Below are positions 60,590 through 64,000 of a stretch of 64,000 bases of DNA, one piece after another. The number at the start of each line of letters is the position of its first letter. Within the stretch, counting starts at the first letter, position 1. The notes under the pieces were generated by a model. It saw nothing but the letters and a program-made list of their open reading frames with translations, did not search any database and was not told the origin of the DNA. A program made the position numbers and the translations under genes. Source of the DNA: Dicyema japonicum (Eukaryota; Animalia; Dicyemida); the NCBI GenBank assembly GCA_011109175.1, contig RDEW01000012.1:532228-596227 (forward strand), read 5' to 3'.

Positions 60590-60760
60590 CTCCCTCTTGA
60601 CGTTCAGGGAGAACGTACCCATGGAGGATTACTTTTTCATGAACGTTTCCGTCATCGACCGAGGACAACCCTACCGACCGTCCTTGATGAAGACCTTAAA
60701 ATAAATCTGTAGACACCTCAGGGGTGTTGAGTACCTAAGAGTCGCCAAAAATGGAAGATA
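60590..60760 (+). mobile_element. Short 3' fragment of the RTE family
   Basis: MEDYFF and RPRTTLPTVLDEDLK, as at 18480-18540. Confidence 0.7.
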
Positions 60761-62100
60761 ACTAGTAACTTGATTTTCCATATTCATATGTTTTGTCACC
60801 TATGGGATAATAATCCACCAAATGGAAAATATAAATCCCGAACATCTATTTGTTCCAATCTAGATTATCCACAATGAATTGATCCATAGTCTACTTATAT
60901 CCTTTATCTAAATTGGATGATGTCTTGATCCCAAAAGATATAAACGCCAAACACCTGTAGTCAACCCGCCGATTCGAGAGGAAAATTGTTGCTATACATA
61001 AACGGTCATCGATGATCTTTTGAAAAAAAGAACGCTATACAGAACCTAGGATCAATTTACATTACTGGATGTCAATCTCTGTTACATCTTAATGTCTTGA
61101 TTCACTACCAACCACTTACAAAAAGTTACATCTCTATACTATTGAAGGGAAGATCTCATGATATTACTAACTTGACTACCGCCTAGAAAATCTTTACATA
61201 TATGGTTTTACTTCCTTTATTGCCTATATTAACCGGCCTTATAAATAATATCAATATGAGAGCCGAGCTAATGTCGGCTATCAGGGAGATCTCATAATGA
61301 GTCACTACGCAAAAGTGGGTACATAAACCGTGGATGCAAATTTACAAACGTTTAAACTCATCAAGGAAAACCTACTGTAATCAGCACGACTGATGTAGAA
61401 AATCTTATCAAAAACTCAAAAAATCACAAGCAAACTAGTTAGACCTAATCTGCTTTCTCCATTTGAAGCACCTGGGAATACATGGCTCTAAAATAATCAC
61501 AAACATCATTTATCTTCAATGACTGCGAATTCCAACTTTATGGAATAAATCAAAATAATTAAGACTTTGAAGCCCAAAATCCTTCCCACCGATATCTCTA
61601 CTATCTTTAGTTTACAAAATTGTTAAACATGTTGTATCTTTCCTTCCAAAATTCTCAATATGGTTATTGTCCACAATATTCAACATCAACAAATCTCTCT
61701 ACCCTAACTCAGTATATGATCGGTTAATTAAAATCAGCCCAACCGTACTATCCTCGCTCGATTGACCTAACCAAGGCGTTTGATCGTACATCAAGGTTGT
61801 TTCTCATTAACAAAAGTCTTGCATCTCGAATTCCTCCACGTCTTCAGAATTGGCTAACAAATTTCCTCTCTGGAAGACTTGGTGAGTCTGAAATTATATC
61901 TTGTTTATCTCAACTACCGATTCCTTCCAAACGGAGTCCCCAATGCTCAGGATGTCTCTTACCTATAAAATTTGCACCTAAGTGATATTCCAACCAATTA
62001 TAAGACACTTATCATATATGGATGACCTTATTATTCCTTTTTTTGCACCCTCTCCGAGTTGACAGCCATTGAATGTCTTGAATTAGTACACTGTTTGCCT
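60760..62100 (+). mobile_element. Decayed LINE ORF2 related to 38880-41120
   Basis: IPTLWNKSK, NWLTNFLSGR, GVP and SYMDDL fragments. Confidence 0.65.
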
Positions 62101-62615
62101 GCACTGCAAAGACTGAGAGATTTATGGGAACGACCGGCATTTGCTGCGTCCTACTTAATAGACGCTGGTTTCTTACAAGTTGGTGAGGCCGGGGTTATTT
62201 AACTAATATCTAGCTTTATCTAGGTTATAATGTCCTCACTTTCTCCTAGAAGAGAATCGAGAATTCAGATGGTACTAGGTTCGAATCTTGTTGCTGCCAT
62301 TAGTCTACGATGCTTCATAACTTGACACGTGACGTCTCATTAGTAATACTTACTGCGGAACCAGATTGCCACGAAAAAAAGAAGTTAGAATATCCACGAT
62401 GCCTAGATCCCCTTAATTAACATGACTATTTGTAACCTTTCAAAAATTATGTAAATTTAAGAAACTATTTCAATATACATGTGGTTATGGACAAACTTAG
62501 AAAATGTGGAATTAGTTTTGTGAGATTAGGTTAAATTTCAGGAAATAAAAATTGTAACGCATAATTTGAATGAAATTAGTCTAATTATTAATATTACTGG
62601 CGTGATTGAGATAAT

Positions 62616-64000
62616 ATGCTTCTGGTGATAGTTGGTTTCATATTAATTTGTTTGAATGATGGAGATCACTGTGTAGTTTTTCCACAAAAGGATAAGACAT
62701 TGATAGTCGGTGATTATGAAAATAGAGTAAAAATTGAATATTATGGTAAAAAAAGATATGGAAGAAGTATATTTAAGAAATTAATAGATAATATAGTTAG
62801 TGATTATTCACTTAAATTGAGTTTCGAGATAATATATGATTACAATGGATCAATTGTTAGATCAGAGATTAAGGAATATGTTAACACAGAGTTGGATACT
62901 AAATATTCACGAAATCAAGATATATTGCAAATTAAAAGTTGTACCAGAACTTTAATCAATTTTGTTATTCAGATGTTTGATTATGGCATTGAAATAAAAA
63001 CTACAAAATTTGACCGACTTTTTGATTATGAAAGTGATGAATCAAAATTCAGATTAAAATTGTCATATTTTGTGTTTACAGAAAAATTGATAGAATCTCT
63101 CGAAATACTCTTCAAACCAATTAATGGAAATATAGTCAGATTATTTGCGAATAGAGTTAATCAGAATGAACTAAATGATTTTATTAGAAAATTAAATAAT
63201 AGAAACATGTGTGTAGCAAAAAAAATGAATATAAGTAGTGATGAGAATACTATTATAATCGGAAGTCAGAGATATGTCATCAAAGTATTGAATCATTTTA
63301 AAGATAAAGTGTTTGAAAATATTATTGTCGCTATTCCCATTGGACATTTTGAGAAAAAACATTTTCCTAATATTCCGAACTTGTACATTATTTCAAATAA
63401 CTTCCCAAATTTTGAGTATCAAAAAATGAATAAATATATCAAAATTTTGAACAAAGCTGATAATGATATTTACGAGTTGAACTTGGCTACGGCTATCATT
63501 CTTGTAGCTGATTTACATGAACGGTGTTTTAATAATTCAACTTGTTCAAATATTACGGCAGAAATGATGAAAGGAGCAAATAGAATAAATCCACATTTTA
63601 TTTTTTTAAATAACGGAAAAATAAATAATCCACAGAAAATCATCCTTCCTCAGGGTAAATCTGAAAATCAAGCTGTGTACGATTTATTTGAAATTGGATG
63701 GACTAAAAAAATATCAGGAGGTAAAAAAGATTGTGATTATGGATATAAAAAGTTACTTGTTTCGGCTTCGTGTTTTCTTTGCAAAAAATGTGATAATTTT
63801 GAATATTTGGACGGCAAAACAAAAAGTTGTATTAAATGTCCATCGGAAATGATTCCTCTTAGTAAATATTTAAATCAGTAATTATTATTTTAATGTAGGT
63901 GTGTTAAAATCCAGCCGACAACCTACATTCTTGAAAAAAATGTTAAAATAATAATATTGTATGTAATGACAGCGGATATTGTTGTGATTTTTATATTTAC
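62616..64000 (+). CDS. Divergent class C GPCR-like protein (large ectodomain, Cys-rich domain, start of TM1), incomplete at window edge
   Basis: Signal-peptide-like N-terminus; KDCDYGYKKLLVSASCFLCKKCDNFEYLDGKTKSCIKCPSEMIP fits NCD3G cysteine spacing; removing the 21-nt intron 63878-63898 gives LNQ|CVKIQPTTYILEKNVKIIILYVMTADIVVIFIF. Confidence 0.7.

Noticed and set aside
62190-62300. tRNA-like elements (TAGCTT...GG A-box-like, GGTTCGAATC B-box, ending GCCA)
   Set aside because: The acceptor and T stems do not pair and spacing is wrong; at best a decayed tRNA pseudogene or SINE head.
1-64000. Alternative genetic code or ciliate origin to explain short ORFs
   Set aside because: In-frame stops in conserved genes fall inside 21-27 nt GT-AG introns; TAA and TGA end genes normally; a nuclear receptor indicates an animal.

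Overview
AT-rich animal nuclear DNA with the standard genetic code. About 13 compact protein-coding genes (about 19.5 kb, roughly 30% of the window) sit as islands among decayed transposons. Almost every intron I could place is a GT-AG intron of 21-27 nt (mode 22-23). Together with a nuclear receptor and ciliary genes, this points to a dicyemid mesozoan; that assignment is an inference from intron size and gene content, not a database result. Host genes reconstructed by hand-splicing: NDUFS3, a thyroid-hormone-receptor (NR1A)-type nuclear receptor, MRPS18B, CCDC24-like, IQCD/DRC10, XAB2/SYF1, a GBD/FH3-FH1-FH2 formin, a TRAF-type RING protein, POLR2B (16 introns), cytoplasmic dynein intermediate chain, a divergent class C GPCR running off the right edge, and two orphan candidates. 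Mobile DNA includes many LINE/RTE fragments, two R4-like REL fragments resembling microsporidian elements, a PHD-bearing CRE-like element, and hAT, Tc1, pogo, MULE and Ginger-like integrase relics, with a four-level nest at 26.6-33.6 kb. The most interesting signals are: (1) a C-rich-5' to G-rich-3' composition flip inside each housekeeping gene, visible even in introns and independent of strand; (2) an apparent hard ~21-nt floor on intron length that overrides good 3' splice sites; (3) promoters reduced to about 65-105 nt of nearly pure A/T abutting transposons; (4) six short deletions at simple repeats in conserved genes, most likely assembly errors. All counts are by hand and transposon boundaries are approximate.
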